From the NCBI GenBank assembly GCA_016618085.1, contig JABLTG010000112.1:45977-65976 (forward strand): a stretch of 20,000 bases of DNA. The letters are read 5' to 3'. This document shows positions 1 to 13,399 of the stretch, in pieces. The position numbers and the translations under genes are program-made. Every line of letters begins with the position of its first letter. The stretch's first letter is position 1. Source of the DNA: Neovahlkampfia damariscottae. Its lineage: Eukaryota. The notes under the pieces are model-generated. The model saw nothing but the letters and a program-made list of their open reading frames with translations, was not told the origin of the DNA and made no database searches.

Positions 1-1
1 T

Positions 2-2497
2 TATTTTCTTCCTGTTCTTTTGAAAAACACTTATGTTACAAAAAAAATTATTTCAGAACCTTCACATGATTGTATCAAACAAATAATCACTAAAAGTAAA
101 ATAAACAAGTCCATCAATGAAATTGCTAATTCTCTATCAAACAAAAAAAGGTAAAAACAAAATTCATTTTTCATTTCATTTCACACAGTCATAAAGTATT
201 ACGTCAGAGATCAATTGAATACATTAATCTCTTACTACAATCAAAAACAACAAAATATTTCGAAAATCATGTAACAACAATAGAAAAGGCTATAAAAGAT
301 GCAATTGAATTTGATAATAAAGAAACTGGAAGAAAAGCATTTTATGAACATCAAAATCATTTTCCAGAACGTTCAAAGAAGTAAGAGAAAAAAAAAATAT
401 TTAATATTTCAAGATTCTTAAGTTCTCTTGATAAAAAATCACAAGATTATGTTAATAAAGATAAAAATAAAACATTATCTTCATCAACAACAAGTTCATC
501 AATAAGATCATCTCAAATGTCAATTAGAAAAAAAATAGCAATGAATCAACAAACAACAGAAAAAAAAGTACATTTTGAAATGAAAGAACCACCAGTTACA
601 CCTTTAATGAAAGTACCTCAGAGATCTATTTTGAAATCACCAAAACATCAAAGAGTACCTGAAACACCTGTTACACCAAAACAACAATTAAAACCACCAT
701 TACCATTCACAGATAAATCAAATAAACCAAATAATGTTCCAATAACTTCAATTACACCTTTATCAAAGGCATCACCTTCACCAAATAGATTAACACCTTC
801 ATCACTGTTTTCATCATCTTTGAAAGAATCACAGTCACCTTTATCAACTTTCAAGTTTCAATATACAAAAGAAAATGAAATATTAACAAAATTGAATGAT
901 AGTAATACAGATCAATGGACAACAAGAGTTCTTTTAATTGAACAATTATCAAGTGCATTAGAAGAAGGAATTGATTCAAAAAAAATGAATTTTTCAAAAG
1001 TAATGGTCAAAATTCTTGATGGATTATCTGATTCACATTATAGAGTAGTTTTAGAAACATTAAATTGTTTAATTAAATCAATTATAAATTATAAAAGTGA
1101 ATTTGAAGAATATCTTGAAAAGTAAAATTCATTATTTTAACATATTTTTCTCCAGAATTCTTTCAAAACTTATCATTAAAACAGGAGATCCAAAATTATC
1201 AATAAGAGAATCATCTGAACAATTAATTGGAATTATTTTAAATAATTTTAGAGATGATAAATTATTGATTACAATTTTAAAATTAACACAACATCAAACA
1301 GTTAAAATTAAAATGGATTGTATTGAATTTTTGATAAAGATGATTCCAAAAAACAAAGAGTTTTTTAGTCAACAAAAGAGTAGAAAAAAAAACAAAAAAT
1401 TTAACATTTCTTTGATAGATTTAAGAGAGTTTGTGATTGTATTTTCATCAAATATTAAAGAAAGAAAGAATACAAGTTCATATGTTCAATGTTTGACATT
1501 ATTATATCAAAATTATAAACAAACATTTTATGAATATCTTGAAACTATATCACATTCAGAACAAGAGTTATTATCTAAAATGTTACATCCACACTTGAAA
1601 TTAAAAGATAATGATTGTCCAATAGGAACAACTAAATCAGAAAATGAAACAACACCAAAGAAAAGAAATAGGGAATATAAAAATCAACAAGAAGGAAAAT
1701 TAAAATTGACACCTTCTTCATCAAAGAAATTGAAAAGTAGAAAATTAAATCAAACATTTGAAGAGGAACTTGAAGAGTTACCAACTATAAAAAACTTGGT
1801 TGTCAGAGAAAGTTTAATTTCAAAAGATTTCGATTTTAATGAATTTCAAAAGAAAATGTTTGAAGAAAATGATATACATTCATTATTGAATCAATTATTA
1901 ATTTCATCTGAATTGACTGATCTTAATGTATTGATAAAGTTATGTGAAACAAAACAAGGAGAATGGATGAAAAATGCAGAGATTGTTCAAACAATATCAA
2001 TGTCATTAACAGAATCAGATAAAGATGAAATTAGATCAAATAGTTTCCTTTTAATAGAGTCTATTATTAGAAATTATTCTTCAATTTATTTGAATTGTCA
2101 AAATGAACTTTTATCAAAACTAGTTAAAGGAAATGAAGATGAATATTATAAAGTTAGAGATAGTGCAAGAAATGCATCCAATACATTTATTGATTATTTT
2201 CCATTTGCAACTGATTTATTAATTTCTAATTTGGAGAATGATTATAATTTAGAAGTTTCATTGCAACTTTTACATGTTATTCTTTCAAAAAAATCAGAGA
2301 AATTTTTGAATATTTGGAAGGAATTGACAAATTGTCTTTTAAAATTTTTGAAAAACGAAAAAACAGAAATTAGAGAATCTGCTGTTTATTGTTTGGTTGA
2401 TGTTTGTCATTCTTCCAATGAAAGATCGAATTTTTTGACGAATCATTTATCAACAAGAGAATTAAAATTGGTCAATCATTATTTAAGTAAATATTAA
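2..2497 (+). CDS. CLASP: CLIP-associating protein (CLASP), TOG/HEAT microtubule regulator; 5'-partial
   Basis: Splicing GT-AG introns 151-188, 381-413, 1122-1155 and probably the in-frame 1380-1418 gives one frame: YFLPVLLKNTYVTKKIISEPSHDCIKQII...LRQRSIEYINLLL...FPERSKKFLSSLD (CLASP_N/TOG2-like). It continues with an S/P/T-rich linker, WTTRVLLIEQL...LSDSHYRVV (TOG3-like) and a C-terminal IRESAVYCLVD...LKLVNHY (CLIP-binding-like). Stop TAA 2495-2497. Confidence 0.88.
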
Positions 2498-2501
2498 AAA
2501 T

Positions 2502-5500
2502 TTATTCTTGTTTTTTTTGAATTTTCTTTTTCTTTTTGACATTTTGTTTTTCATTTCCCACTTCTCTTTTTTTTCTTTTTTTCTCTTCTTTTGTTTTTTT
2601 ATTTTTTTCAAGTTTCTTTTGAGCAAATTGAACAGGATCCAAAATTGCTTCTTGTGCTTTAATTGCTTTTCTATTTTCATTTTCTTGAAATTTCTCTTGT
2701 GTGAGTTGAATAAATTCATTATTAAATGTTTCAAAACCTAAAATTTGTTTCATTGCACTTGATACTTGTTCAACATATTTTTTTAATGAATCATCAATAA
2801 TTGTTCTTTTATTTTCAATCAATTCATGAACTAATATCAATAAATGTTTTAAATATGGTAAATATTTCTTTTTTGATTGATTCAATAATGCAATGGATAA
2901 AGTTAAAAATGATTTTCTCTTTTAAAAATGTTATATTTCTCAAAAATGGAATTACTCTTAAAATGATTATTGGAATCTCTTTATCTTCCTTTTCAACAAA
3001 TAATGATGTTTCTTTAATTTCATTGAATATTTCATTTAAATATTTTTCATTTTCAATTTTATTTAAAATAGTTAATAATAATTTGGTTAATAAATTTGAT
3101 ATTGATTCATTTAAATTTCTTGATGAATAATTTTCAATAAGAACCAATGATAATTCTTTTAAAGTTTCTTCATTTTTTGTTATTTTTTTATTATTTTTAA
3201 AATAATTTATCAAAATTTCTAATGAAATAGATCTAATATTTAAAGAAGGATAAACTAAAAATTGTAAAAAATAATCAAATATTTCATCAATTTTTTTTGA
3301 ACTTAATTTTTTAAATTCAAATAAATTCTTAATAATTTTTAATGAATTAAAGATTTGATTAAATCTTGGAGAATAAATTAATTCATTAAAATCATTATTT
3401 TTTGGTTCAATTTTTCTTTTTAAAATTTCAAATATTTCATCAACAAAATTTAATAATTTTTCACCATTGGATACTTTTGATAAAATTGAAAACATTTTAA
3501 TTGAAACTAAATTAAAATCATCTTCTTCTTCATTACAGAACCATTTTAAATTTAATTTTAAAACTTTATCAAATTGTTTAGTTGAAATTCTTTTAAAAAA
3601 GTCAAATAAAGTATCTTCTAATAAATTTTGTTCTTTTGAATCTTCATCAGAAGAAGATAAAGAAATTATTAACGGAAATAAAATAAATTCTACTTTTTCG
3701 TTCAAAAAATCAGTTGGAAATTTTTGAATAATTGTTGAAATAATTGAAATTATGTTTAATTTTGAATCCACTGGTAAACTTTCATTTATAACATTTTTGA
3801 ACAAATAATTTAAATGATCTTGTAAAACATTTGGTGTCATTGGATATTTTAAAAAGAAATTTGTCAAAATATCAATGGAATAATTTCTTATGGTCGATTT
3901 AGAAATCATTAAAATAGTTCTTAATTTCATTGCAATATCATATACTTGTGGTACAATAATACCTTTGGAAACTAAATATGCAACCAATGAAAATGGTTGT
4001 TCTCTAAACTCCGTACCAATAATTTCAATCTTTAAAATATCAAATAATACTTTCAATTGAATTTCAGTAAATTCAACATTTTGATTTATAAAGAATCTAA
4101 TTGAATAAAATATTGTATCCCAAACTTCTGATTTTGAATCAATACCTGTGTTCAACATAAATTCAAATAATGAATCAATAATTTCATTTTGTTTTTCTTT
4201 ATAAGTTGGTAAATCTAAATTATGGAATAACATTAAAATTCTTAATGAATCTAATGCCACATCTGTATGTTGTCCTTTTAATAATTTGCATAAAATTATC
4301 ATAAACGAATCAAGAAAGTCTAAAATTAAAAAAGTAAATTTTTCGTTACCTTTGTCTTTGATGAACTTTTTTAAAACTAAATGTTCAAATATTCTTAAAT
4401 AGAAATGAATAATTAAATAATCATTTCTATTTTTATTTTTCGCAATTAATTCTTGTCTTTTTGTATCATTTAAAGAAATAGCACCTAATCTACCTGGTTC
4501 AGGTAATATTTCGTATGTTTCTTTCATTTGATCAACATACGTTTTTTTTATACTAAAGATGGAATCACCTTCATCTGATTGTTTGAATTCTCTTCTAAAA
4601 ATAGATTTTTCTTCAATTTTTTCTTTAATAAAAGTAGAAATGAATTCATCTTGTGATTTAATTTTTAAATTATTTTTAATTCCATTTTCAAGTTGAAGAA
4701 ATAAGTTTTTAAATCTTTCAATTACTTCAACATTAGTCACATTTTTCATTAAATCTTCAATTTTTTGAATAACGAAATTGATATTATTTTCAACATTCAT
4801 AATTTTTCCAATAACAAAAAATGAATTATAAGTCAAATTATAATTATAATATTCTGATTTTTCTTTAACTGTATTTAAAGATACTTCAGGAAGTGGCTTT
4901 GTAATATCAGATAACAATATATCCATCAATAAATCTAAAGTTGATTCATCCAAAGATACATCAAGAGAAGAAGTATTATTTTCAGATTTTAATGCATGTA
5001 ACATTCCATTAATAGTAAAATGTAAAATTGATATTTGATATCCATCTCTTAATAAATCTGATAATTTTTCTAAAGCGAAAAAGAAATATTTTGATCCTAA
5101 TGTTTGAATAATTTGAATTAAAGCATCCCTAGCTAATTCTCTTTGATTTTTCTTTTTTTTCGCCATTAATTTTGAAATAATATCCGCTATAATTCTTGAT
5201 AGTTGCGTTTCTAATTCATTTGGATCATATTGTTTTAATATTTTAACGATCAATAATGTAATATCCATTCTCATTGTAATGATACCTTCTTGTTTTTTCC
5301 ATAAATGACTATATAAATTTGGTATAATTTCTTTAATTAAACATGATTTAATTTCACGATGATTATCTTTATGTAATTCTCTATTCTTTGAAAATGATTG
5401 AATTATATCACAAATTAATTGTAATGATAATACTCTGAATCTCTTATTGATTGGTCCTTTTTTAGATTGTTCATCTGATAATTCATTTAAAAAGTAAAGT

Positions 5501-8500
5501 ATAATTGAATGAAGATTTTTCCATTTTAATACTAATGATATTTTCAAAATAATTTCTTTTGATTTTAAACCAATAGAATATTCTTCTTCATTTTCTTTAA
5601 GTTTCATTAATGAATACAAAATTGGAAATATCATATTTAAGAGAATATCAGTATTTTCAAATCTTGGTGTTTTCATTTCAATTAATTTTTCTAATTTTGA
5701 TATTCCATTTTGTTTACTTTGTGTTGAATCATTTTTTAAACAACTTAAAAATTCACAAAATATTTGAAATTCTTCAAATTCTTTATAATTCTTGATAAGA
5801 ATAGTTAAAAGTGAAATACACTCAACAAAAGATAATATTGTTGTTGTTTTTAATAAATGTTTTCTAACAAAAGTCAAAATCATATTTTTGACCTCAAGAT
5901 AATCTATTAATAGAATTAGAATTTAACTGTCTCTTTACCTTTTTCATTTTTACTTATATGTTTGACAATTGATTCAAGTGATTTTGTTGAATTATCTCTT
6001 ATAATCCATTGACTATCTTTCAAATAAAATAACAAATTTGCAACAATTGGTAGCATTGATAAATTTGGAATTGATTTGATTGATTTATCCATTTTGATTA
6101 AAATCTTAAAAGTATCAAATCTTTTTTCAAAATCAATTTCATCTAAATATGATTTAGATAAAGCATTTAAATTGAATAAAATAGTTGAAACATTCTTGTT
6201 TGAATCACTTGTAAATATTCTTTCAAATATTTCACACATTCCTCTTCTAATTTCAACATCATCATGAGAAATAAAAATATTTGAAAATAATCTAATATAT
6301 TTGACTTTTGTTTCTTCTGTTGCTTTTGGTAAATAAGTTTTGAATAATTCAATTGCTTCTTGAAGTAAAACTGGATCTTTAATTTTGTCAATATTTTCTG
6401 CGTATAATGAAATAATGATATTTGCATCTGTATTTTCATCAAAATATTCTTTTAAGTAATCAATCAATTTTAGTGCATTCTTTTTATTTTCTGATGTCTT
6501 TTGTTTTGGTAATCCAATCGCATGATAAAAGTTTACAACAATTAAATTGGTTAATGGTTTTAAAAGAACATCTCCAATTGTTTTTGATTCAATTTGTTGA
6601 TATTTCTTTTTTCCAATTAACTTTTTGATGTTTTCATTCAATTCAAATTTTTCAGCTTTGATTTCATAAAGTGATTCCAAGAAATTTATGATTGATCTAA
6701 ATACTTGAATAGATAATTTTGGTTTGTTTGTTAAATCAATTAAACTTTCAAGAATATCAAAATTTGAAATAAAAAATGAAGCTGTTGTTCTACCAATCAA
6801 TGACATCGAAATTCCAAAAAATTTTGGAAGACTTGTTGGATTATTTTTGATATGTTTGAAGTAAAATCTTGTCGTATTGAAGATTGAGTCAATATGATTT
6901 TTTGAAAAATGATGATCTGGGTGTCTTTGTAAAAATAATGAAATCAATCTAATTGATTCATGATTGATTTCTTGATGAAGCATATTTTCAGATTTTCCTT
7001 TGATTCCACGTGAAGTTGTAACTTTATCTTGTTTTTCAGTATCTTCAACTTCCATTTCATCTTTTTCTTCTTGATCTTTTTGATTTTCTTCTTCAATATC
7101 TTCTTCTTCTTCTTCTTCTTCACTTTCTTTTGGTTGTGGTTGATCAACCATTACTTCATCTTCTTCTTCTTCTTCAAGATCTTCTTTTTGAAGAATATAA
7201 TCATCATTAATATCTCTCAATGCAATTTTGAGTAAAACATCCAAAACGCTTTCATAATAAAAAGAGTATTCATCTGTAACAATCATAATAAGTTGTTCAA
7301 CAATGGATAACATCCATTTCAATTTTGAATCAAATTTTGAACTTTTTGATTCAATTTTTAAATCTGTTGGAATTACTGATTCCAAGAACATTAACAATTC
7401 ATCATGTTTTAAATCTGAAAAATAAATCAATAAATTCTTAATTCCCAATTTCCATTTTTTAAATTCTGATACTTTTGCTTTTTCTGATAATTTCTTTGTT
7501 GGTTTTTTTGGTTTAACAGATGGAGTCAATATTTTTATAATAAAAGGTACGAATTCATTTCTATGTTCTTTATCAATATTCTTTAATGAAAAGGTTTTCA
7601 AAATTGAAGGTTTGTAATGATATCCAACGATTTGTTTAACATCAGCAAGATATGGTTGTAACCATGGAAGTTTGTATTTGTTAATACAAGATAAAACTAA
7701 TTCTTGAACTTCAACATTTGTTGTAATAATCAAATTCATAAAAATATCTAAAGTTTCATTTGAATCAATTAAAACTCTTGAATCAAAATTTGAAAATAAT
7801 TTCAAATATGTTTTTAACATGTCAGTAATTTTTGAATTGTCAGGTAATTTTGCACCACTTAAATTTGATAATTCTCTAAATTCTTTAAAGTTTTGAAAAA
7901 TATCATTAAAACAATGTCTTCCCATTGTTAAATCTTTTATGATTCCCCACAGTAATGGGAAATAATCTTTATAATCTGTGTGATTATAGGATTCTTTTAT
8001 TCTTTTCATGAATAATGATTCAAGTATTTTTTCATCTTTTTCTTCAACTTTTTTTTGTTCATAATTATCAAATTTTATAGCAGGAACAGATGATTTTAAT
8101 TTTCTTTTTTTATAAAGAAAATGTTGTTCAGGTATTTCCTCATTTGTCAAATCTAAATATGGATATTATTGGTTAAAATAATCTTACAATATTTTTGCCA
8201 TTGATTCAAATAGATTGCATATATGTTCCAAAAACATGAAGCATTGATTTTTGAAAGTTGAATTGCAAGAATATTAATCATACTCCAAATTTCCGAATAT
8301 TTTATGAAATATCCACCAATTGAATAGTGTGACAAAATTGAAATATAAACTTCATCAATATTTCTTCCATCTCTTTGTAATTCATCAATTACACGATGAA
8401 TTGAATTTGTTTTTGTTCTTAATTCTTGATAAACAATCGCACATCTTTCTGATTCCAATAAATTTTGAATTATTTTTGATTTCTTATTGGTTTCTTGAGT

Positions 8501-10737
8501 TAAAACACCAGGTAAAGTTGAAAATAATTCCAATGTATGTAATCTTAAATTTGGATTTTCTGATGATAAATTTGACATTAACAATGGAGCAACATCTGAT
8601 AAATGTAATTTCATTTCTTCTTCGTCTTTAATGATATCTAATACTTTGAAAATACATTCAAGAAAAACATCAAAACTACCAAAATTCTTCAACAAAACTA
8701 ACAAAATTTTTGATGTAAAGATATTTTTTAGGCTTTTTGAATCAAATAGATTTGACATTGTTTTGACTGTTTGACTTAAAATATTAACAAATTCTAAATT
8801 GAAACTCCATTTCTTTTTTGAGTCAAATATTTTTGCGCATTTCTTTTTTAAAATGTTGAAAATAGTTTCTAAATTTGAATTGATAGCATTATTTGAATGG
8901 TTTAATAAATCAAGACATTTCAGACATCCCCAAATAATTGGTATCTTAAATTCATCTTTTGAATTATCAATTTCAATTTCTTCATTTTCAGGTTCACCAA
9001 TGAAATTATCAAAATTTGGACTTGATGTCAACAAATCAAATTGTTGTTTTAACAGATTTGAAATACTTTCACTTAATTTCATATTTGAATCTGAAATGAT
9101 TACATTATCAGATTCAACAAAATTGATCAAAAAATTCAATGTACTTTCTGGAGACTTTGTGATCATTTTTGATGAAACCCTTTTTTTGTAAGTTAGTATA
9201 TCATTTTGTTTTTCTTACTCTAAAATTTTCAATGATAGAATATTTCTTTCTTTTTGAATACTTGTTTTATTTGTATTGTATAAAGTATCAATAATTTCAT
9301 TTAAAAAGTAAGTCAATAAATGATAATTTTTCAATTGAAAAATCAAATCTAAATATGAATTTTCTTTTTCATTTTTTGATAAAAACAACTTTAAATTTTC
9401 ACCACGATATGCAGAAAAAACTTGATTTATAAAATCTAAAATGGATTTCAATGAAAAATTTGATAAATTCTTTGACAAAAGAACATCTTTTGAAATAATA
9501 ATATTCAAATTTTGAATTAATGTTTTTTCAATTACAATTTCTCTTTTTTCAATTAAACATTTCATTAATAAAATGATATGAGCTAATTGTATATTTGTAT
9601 CAAAATTTGGATCTTTATTCCAAACTTCAATAACATGTTTTAATTCTTTTTCAACACATTCCCATAATGTAGTTGATACATTTCTATTTAACATATGTTT
9701 TGATAATAATTTAAAACATTTTTCTAATAATAAAAATCTTCTTTGATTTTCTCTTTCAATTTTTTGTCGATCATTTGATTGGATATTCTTTGGCCAATCT
9801 AATTTACGAAATAAAATTGGTAATATTTTTGGCATTGTTGAATGAAAATTACCATAAACTCCTTTCATTGTTTCAAAAAATAATAAACTTGTTCCATCAA
9901 ACATATTTGGATTTGGTCTTTCTGATAACTTTTCATATATTTTATCAATATAATTCTTCAATTTTTCATTTGATAATTTTTGAATCAAAAATGCAAAACT
10001 TTGTGCCGCAAATTCTCTGATATACCATTTATGATGACCAATGATTTTTGAATATTTGTCATACCAAAAACTCAAATCTTCAATGATATATTTTGATAAA
10101 TATTTAAAGAGATATGCTAAACAATGAAAAATTGCTTCAGTTTTCTTTAAAAATTTAAAAATTTTTCATTTTTTTTACTTCCGGTAACTTTGGATTGATC
10201 AAATCTATCAAAGTATCAAATAATTTTGTTTCTGTTTTCAATAATGGATAGAATTCAGTTCTTAAATCTTTTGCTAAAATTGAAATTAAGCTTAATATTT
10301 GATCAGTAGCCATTGACTTTTTCTTTTTCAAATGTTTCAACAAAACTTCAATAATTTTGATTCTATTATAATATAATTCATTAAAAGAACGTTGATATGG
10401 AAATAATTCTTCATTTAATTTCTTAAAATCTTCCTAAAAAAAAAAAACAGTTTTGGTTTTTTTTTCTTTCTTACTGACTTATTTAATTCCATGCAAGATT
10501 TCAAATTTTCAAAAAAGTAAGAACTTCTATCTTCTAAACCCTTTTGTTCTGTAATTCTAAATGTATTTTTTGAATCATGAAGAACATCAACATTTATACT
10601 TTTAATTCTTTCAGAAAATGTTTTGAACTAATAAGTTAGTATTTTCAAATTTGATTTACTCTCTTCAATTGTTTGATTTCAAGATCTATTTTTTGTTCTT
10701 GTTCTTCTCTGAATTCTTCTATTTCGTCAGCATCCAT
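2502..10737 (-). CDS. UTP20: U3 snoRNA-associated protein 20 / SSU processome HEAT-repeat protein (~2660 aa)
   Basis: ATG at 10737. Introns 10628-10659, 10434-10474, 10145-10178, 9180-9218, 8153-8187, 5904-5938 and 2919-2955 join all minus-strand ORFs into 7983 nt (divisible by 3); a possible extra in-frame intron lies at 4320-4349. Motifs: N-terminal RFKTFSERIKSINVD, YIREFAAQSFAFL, LDEIDFEKRF, RDGYQISILHFT, and C-terminal DPVQFAQKKLEKNKKTKEEKKRK. Confidence 0.93.
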
Positions 10738-10774
10738 GTCAAAGATGAAAATAAATTGTGAACAAATAAGAAAG

Positions 10775-10786
10775 ATGATTGGTCAA
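10775..10786 (-). promoter_or_regulatory. CCAAT box (TTGACCAATCAT) upstream of UTP20
   Basis: CCAAT lies 40 nt before the ATG; the identical 12-mer occurs upstream of XPO7. Confidence 0.6.
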
Positions 10787-10826
10787 ATTATTTATCACAA
10801 AACAACAAGAATGAACACTTCTTCTT

Positions 10827-10844
10827 AAATTCCAATTGGAATTT
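10827..10844. repeat. 18-bp perfect palindrome AAATTCCAATTGGAATTT
   Basis: Exactly self-complementary; separated by 1 nt from the RRM gene stop codon. Confidence 0.9.
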
Positions 10845-10845
10845 T

Positions 10846-12137
10846 TCAATAAGGATGAAACTTTTTATTTTCTTTTTTATTTTTTTTTTCATTCTGTTGT
10901 TGCATGAATTGTTGTTGATACATAAAATTATATAGTTGTTGTTGTTGCTGTTGCATTTGAAAAATATTTGAATTATCAACATTTCCTTGTTGAATAGGTG
11001 CATAAGGAAATGGTATTGGCATCACAAAAGGCATTGGAACATATTGTGGAATCATTATTGGTTGATCTTGTTTTCCTTTTTTCACTTTCTTTTCATTTGA
11101 TTTCTTTTTTGATTTTACAATACTTTGAGGAATACTCAATTCAACTACAATTTTCTTTCCATCAATTTTGTATCCATTCATTTCATTCAAATATTTCATT
11201 GCATCTTTTCGATCTTTGTAATGTACAAATGCATGTCCTTGAGGTTTAAATGTACCTTTATCGAAGGGTATAATGGCTTTTTCAATGATATCAATACCAC
11301 CGAATAATTGAATCATTTGTAATTCTTGGATAGATTCTGGTAAATTTTTGACGTATAAAACTTTAATTGTGTTCATTATTCTCTCATCTATTACTCTCGA
11401 TTCTGCAAAGTTTACTTGAATCTTTGTATCTTCAATCATTAACTTATTTTTTAAATTTCTAAATGCATTCATTGCAATTTCGTGTGTAGAATAAGTGACC
11501 CATCCAAATCCTTTGGATTCTAAGGATGATGTCGTTGATAATTCAAATTTTTCAAATTCAATCTATGTTTTAGATGTTCAGTTATTTTACTTTTCCAAAT
11601 TTTAAAAGTGAATTTTCAATTTCTAATTGAGTGATTTTTTTTGGTATTTTTGAAATATAAAGACAATTTTTTGGATCTGCTATTGATAATTTGATTGCAA
11701 ATCTTCAAGCAAGTGTGTTAGAATTGTTCTTTTTTTTGATTGGATTTATTATGTGATTTAGATTGTATAAAGTATACAATGAGGGATGATTGTGTTTGAT
11801 TTAACTTACTTTTTATGTGTTATATTATCAACAAAAATAGGTGTTTCTTTGAGATCAATTAAAGCATAAAGATCTTCTTTTGAATATAAGGTGGCGAATC
11901 CATATCCTTTTGTTTCACCTGTCTTTTTATTTTTAGCAATTGATATTTCTTTTATTTTAACATATTTTTGCAATTCATTTTGCATTATATCTTCTGTTGT
12001 TCCTCTTGGTATGTCGGACTAAAAATACTCATTCAGAATTTTTCTTTTATTTTTACAATAAAAACTTGATATTTCTGTTCTTTTTGATTTTCATTAGTTT
12101 CTTTTTCAACTTTTGGAGTTTTTTCTTCTTCTTCCAT
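10846..12137 (-). CDS. Triple-RRM RNA-binding protein, hnRNP Q/R (SYNCRIP/A1CF/RBM47)-like, ~372 aa
   Basis: ATG at 12137; introns 12019-12056, 11703-11809, 11563-11590. RRM1 VFISDIP...KGYGFATL; RRM2 LYISKIP...KGFGWVTY; RRM3 IKVLYVKNLP...QGHAFVHY. P/Q-rich tail and C-terminal basic ...KKFHPY (PY-NLS-like). Stop TGA 10846-10848. Confidence 0.85.
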
Positions 12138-12318
12138 TTGTTTTTTTTGTTTGAAGTGAGTGATGTTTTTATTGGACGAGAGATTGTCAATGAAATCAAC
12201 AATTATTCCAAAGATTGAAAAGAAGAAAAATAATGAAAAATAATTAAAAAACTAGTGAAATGGAAGCGGTTTAAAATTTTTAGACCAATCAAATTATTTC
12301 ACGCTTTCAATAAAAAAC
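12138..12318. promoter_or_regulatory. 181-nt bidirectional promoter (RRM gene / mitochondrial carrier)
   Basis: Divergent ATGs; ATTGG at 12171-12175 and GACCAATCA at 12283-12291, each reading CCAAT on the sense strand of its own gene. Confidence 0.65.
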
Positions 12319-13393
12319 ATGAAGAAAAATGATAATCAAGCTGTACCAAAGAAAATTAATTTTATTGCAGGTGGAATTGGTGGAGCAACGGCAACAATAA
12401 TCACTCAACCTCTTGATGTCATTAAAACAAGAATGCAAGTTTGAATTATTTTTTTCGTTTTACATTTTACAGTCGTTTAATCAATTGGATTCTATTAAAT
12501 CATCAGAAGGACATAAATTTTTTACAAAAACAATAACACAATTGAAAATGACGGCACAAAGAGAAGGTAAGAATTCTATAAAATAAAAGAATATAATATC
12601 AAAAGGTTTTAAAGGATTGTATCGAGGATTACTTCCAAATTTAATGGGTATTTCAATTTATATTTATGATTAATATATTAGGTATTACTCCATCAAGGGC
12701 TTTGTATTTCTCAGGGTATAACGCAACTAAGAATTTTTTGGTATCAACCAAATTATTCAATGAAAATACATCTATTATTCCAATGTTGTCTGCAGGAACA
12801 GCAAGTATGATAGTTTATACAACAATGAATCCGATATGGTTAATTAAAACACGTCTACAATTGCAAGAAGTTGGACATAACAGAGAAGGAAGTCCAAATT
12901 ATAAAGGATACGCTGATTGTATCAAAAGAGTATTTAAAGAAGAAGGAATTAGAGGTTTTTATAAAGGATTAACTGCAAGTTTTATGGGTGTTTTTGAGAG
13001 TGCAATTTATTTTGTTATTTATGAAAAATTGAAACTTAAAATTAGTGAAAGAAATGGAACAACAGATACCTACACACCTGTAATTTCAATTCAATTTCTA
13101 ACTGTGAATAGTTTGAATATATTTCAATGGCTGCAACTTCAAAATTTGTTGCATCTGGTTTGACGTATCCACATGAAGTTGTGAGAACAAGAATGAGAGA
13201 AATTGTGAATGGAAAATGTCCTTACAATAGTTTATATGATGCATTTTCAACAATTGCAAGAGAAGAAGGAAGAGCAGGATTGTACAGAGGAATGGCTGTA
13301 CATTTATCTCGTACTGTGCCAAATACAGCTATCATGTTTTTTGTTTATGAATTTGTTGTTGATTTATGGAAAAAGAACAAAATGTTGGAATAA
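12319..13393 (+). CDS. Mitochondrial carrier (SLC25), Rim2/SLC25A33/36 pyrimidine nucleotide carrier-like, ~311 aa
   Basis: Introns 12439-12472, 12567-12605, 12648-12681 and 13080-13111 give 936 nt. Three carrier signatures: PLDVIKTRMQ, PIWLIKTRLQ, PHEVVRTRMRE. The W in the second signature plus PSRALYF and SKFVASGLTYPHEVVRTR are typical of the Rim2-type subfamily. Confidence 0.9.
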
Positions 13394-13399
13394 AAAAGT

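Noticed and set aside
2824..2955. Apparent frameshift between overlapping UTP20 ORFs (programmed frameshift or pseudogene)
   Set aside because: A 37-nt GT-AG intron at 2919-2955 joins the frames (ILRRKSFLTLSIALLNQSKKKYLPYL).
7040..7190. TTC/GAA repeats (also CAA runs near 10905-10953 and 17980-17998) as arrays
   Set aside because: They encode poly-Glu, poly-Gln and poly-Thr tracts; no repeat-spacer structure, so not CRISPR-like.
7883..7912. Intron-like 30-nt GT..AAG segment in UTP20
   Set aside because: Removal would create an in-frame TAA.
2508..10020. Short plus-strand ORFs and alternative-frame minus ORFs overlapping UTP20 (similar ones overlap other genes)
   Set aside because: F/L/I- or K-rich shadows of AT-rich coding sequence with no recognisable motifs.
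11703..11809. Box C/D snoRNA in the long intron
   Set aside because: No RUGAUGA or CUGA boxes on the sense strand; no convincing H/ACA double hairpin by eye.
12647..12686. GGTATT repeated at both junctions of a carrier intron as a target-site duplication (introner)
   Set aside because: Explained by the ordinary G|GT proto-splice context in AT-rich DNA; no inverted repeats and no similar intron elsewhere in the window.
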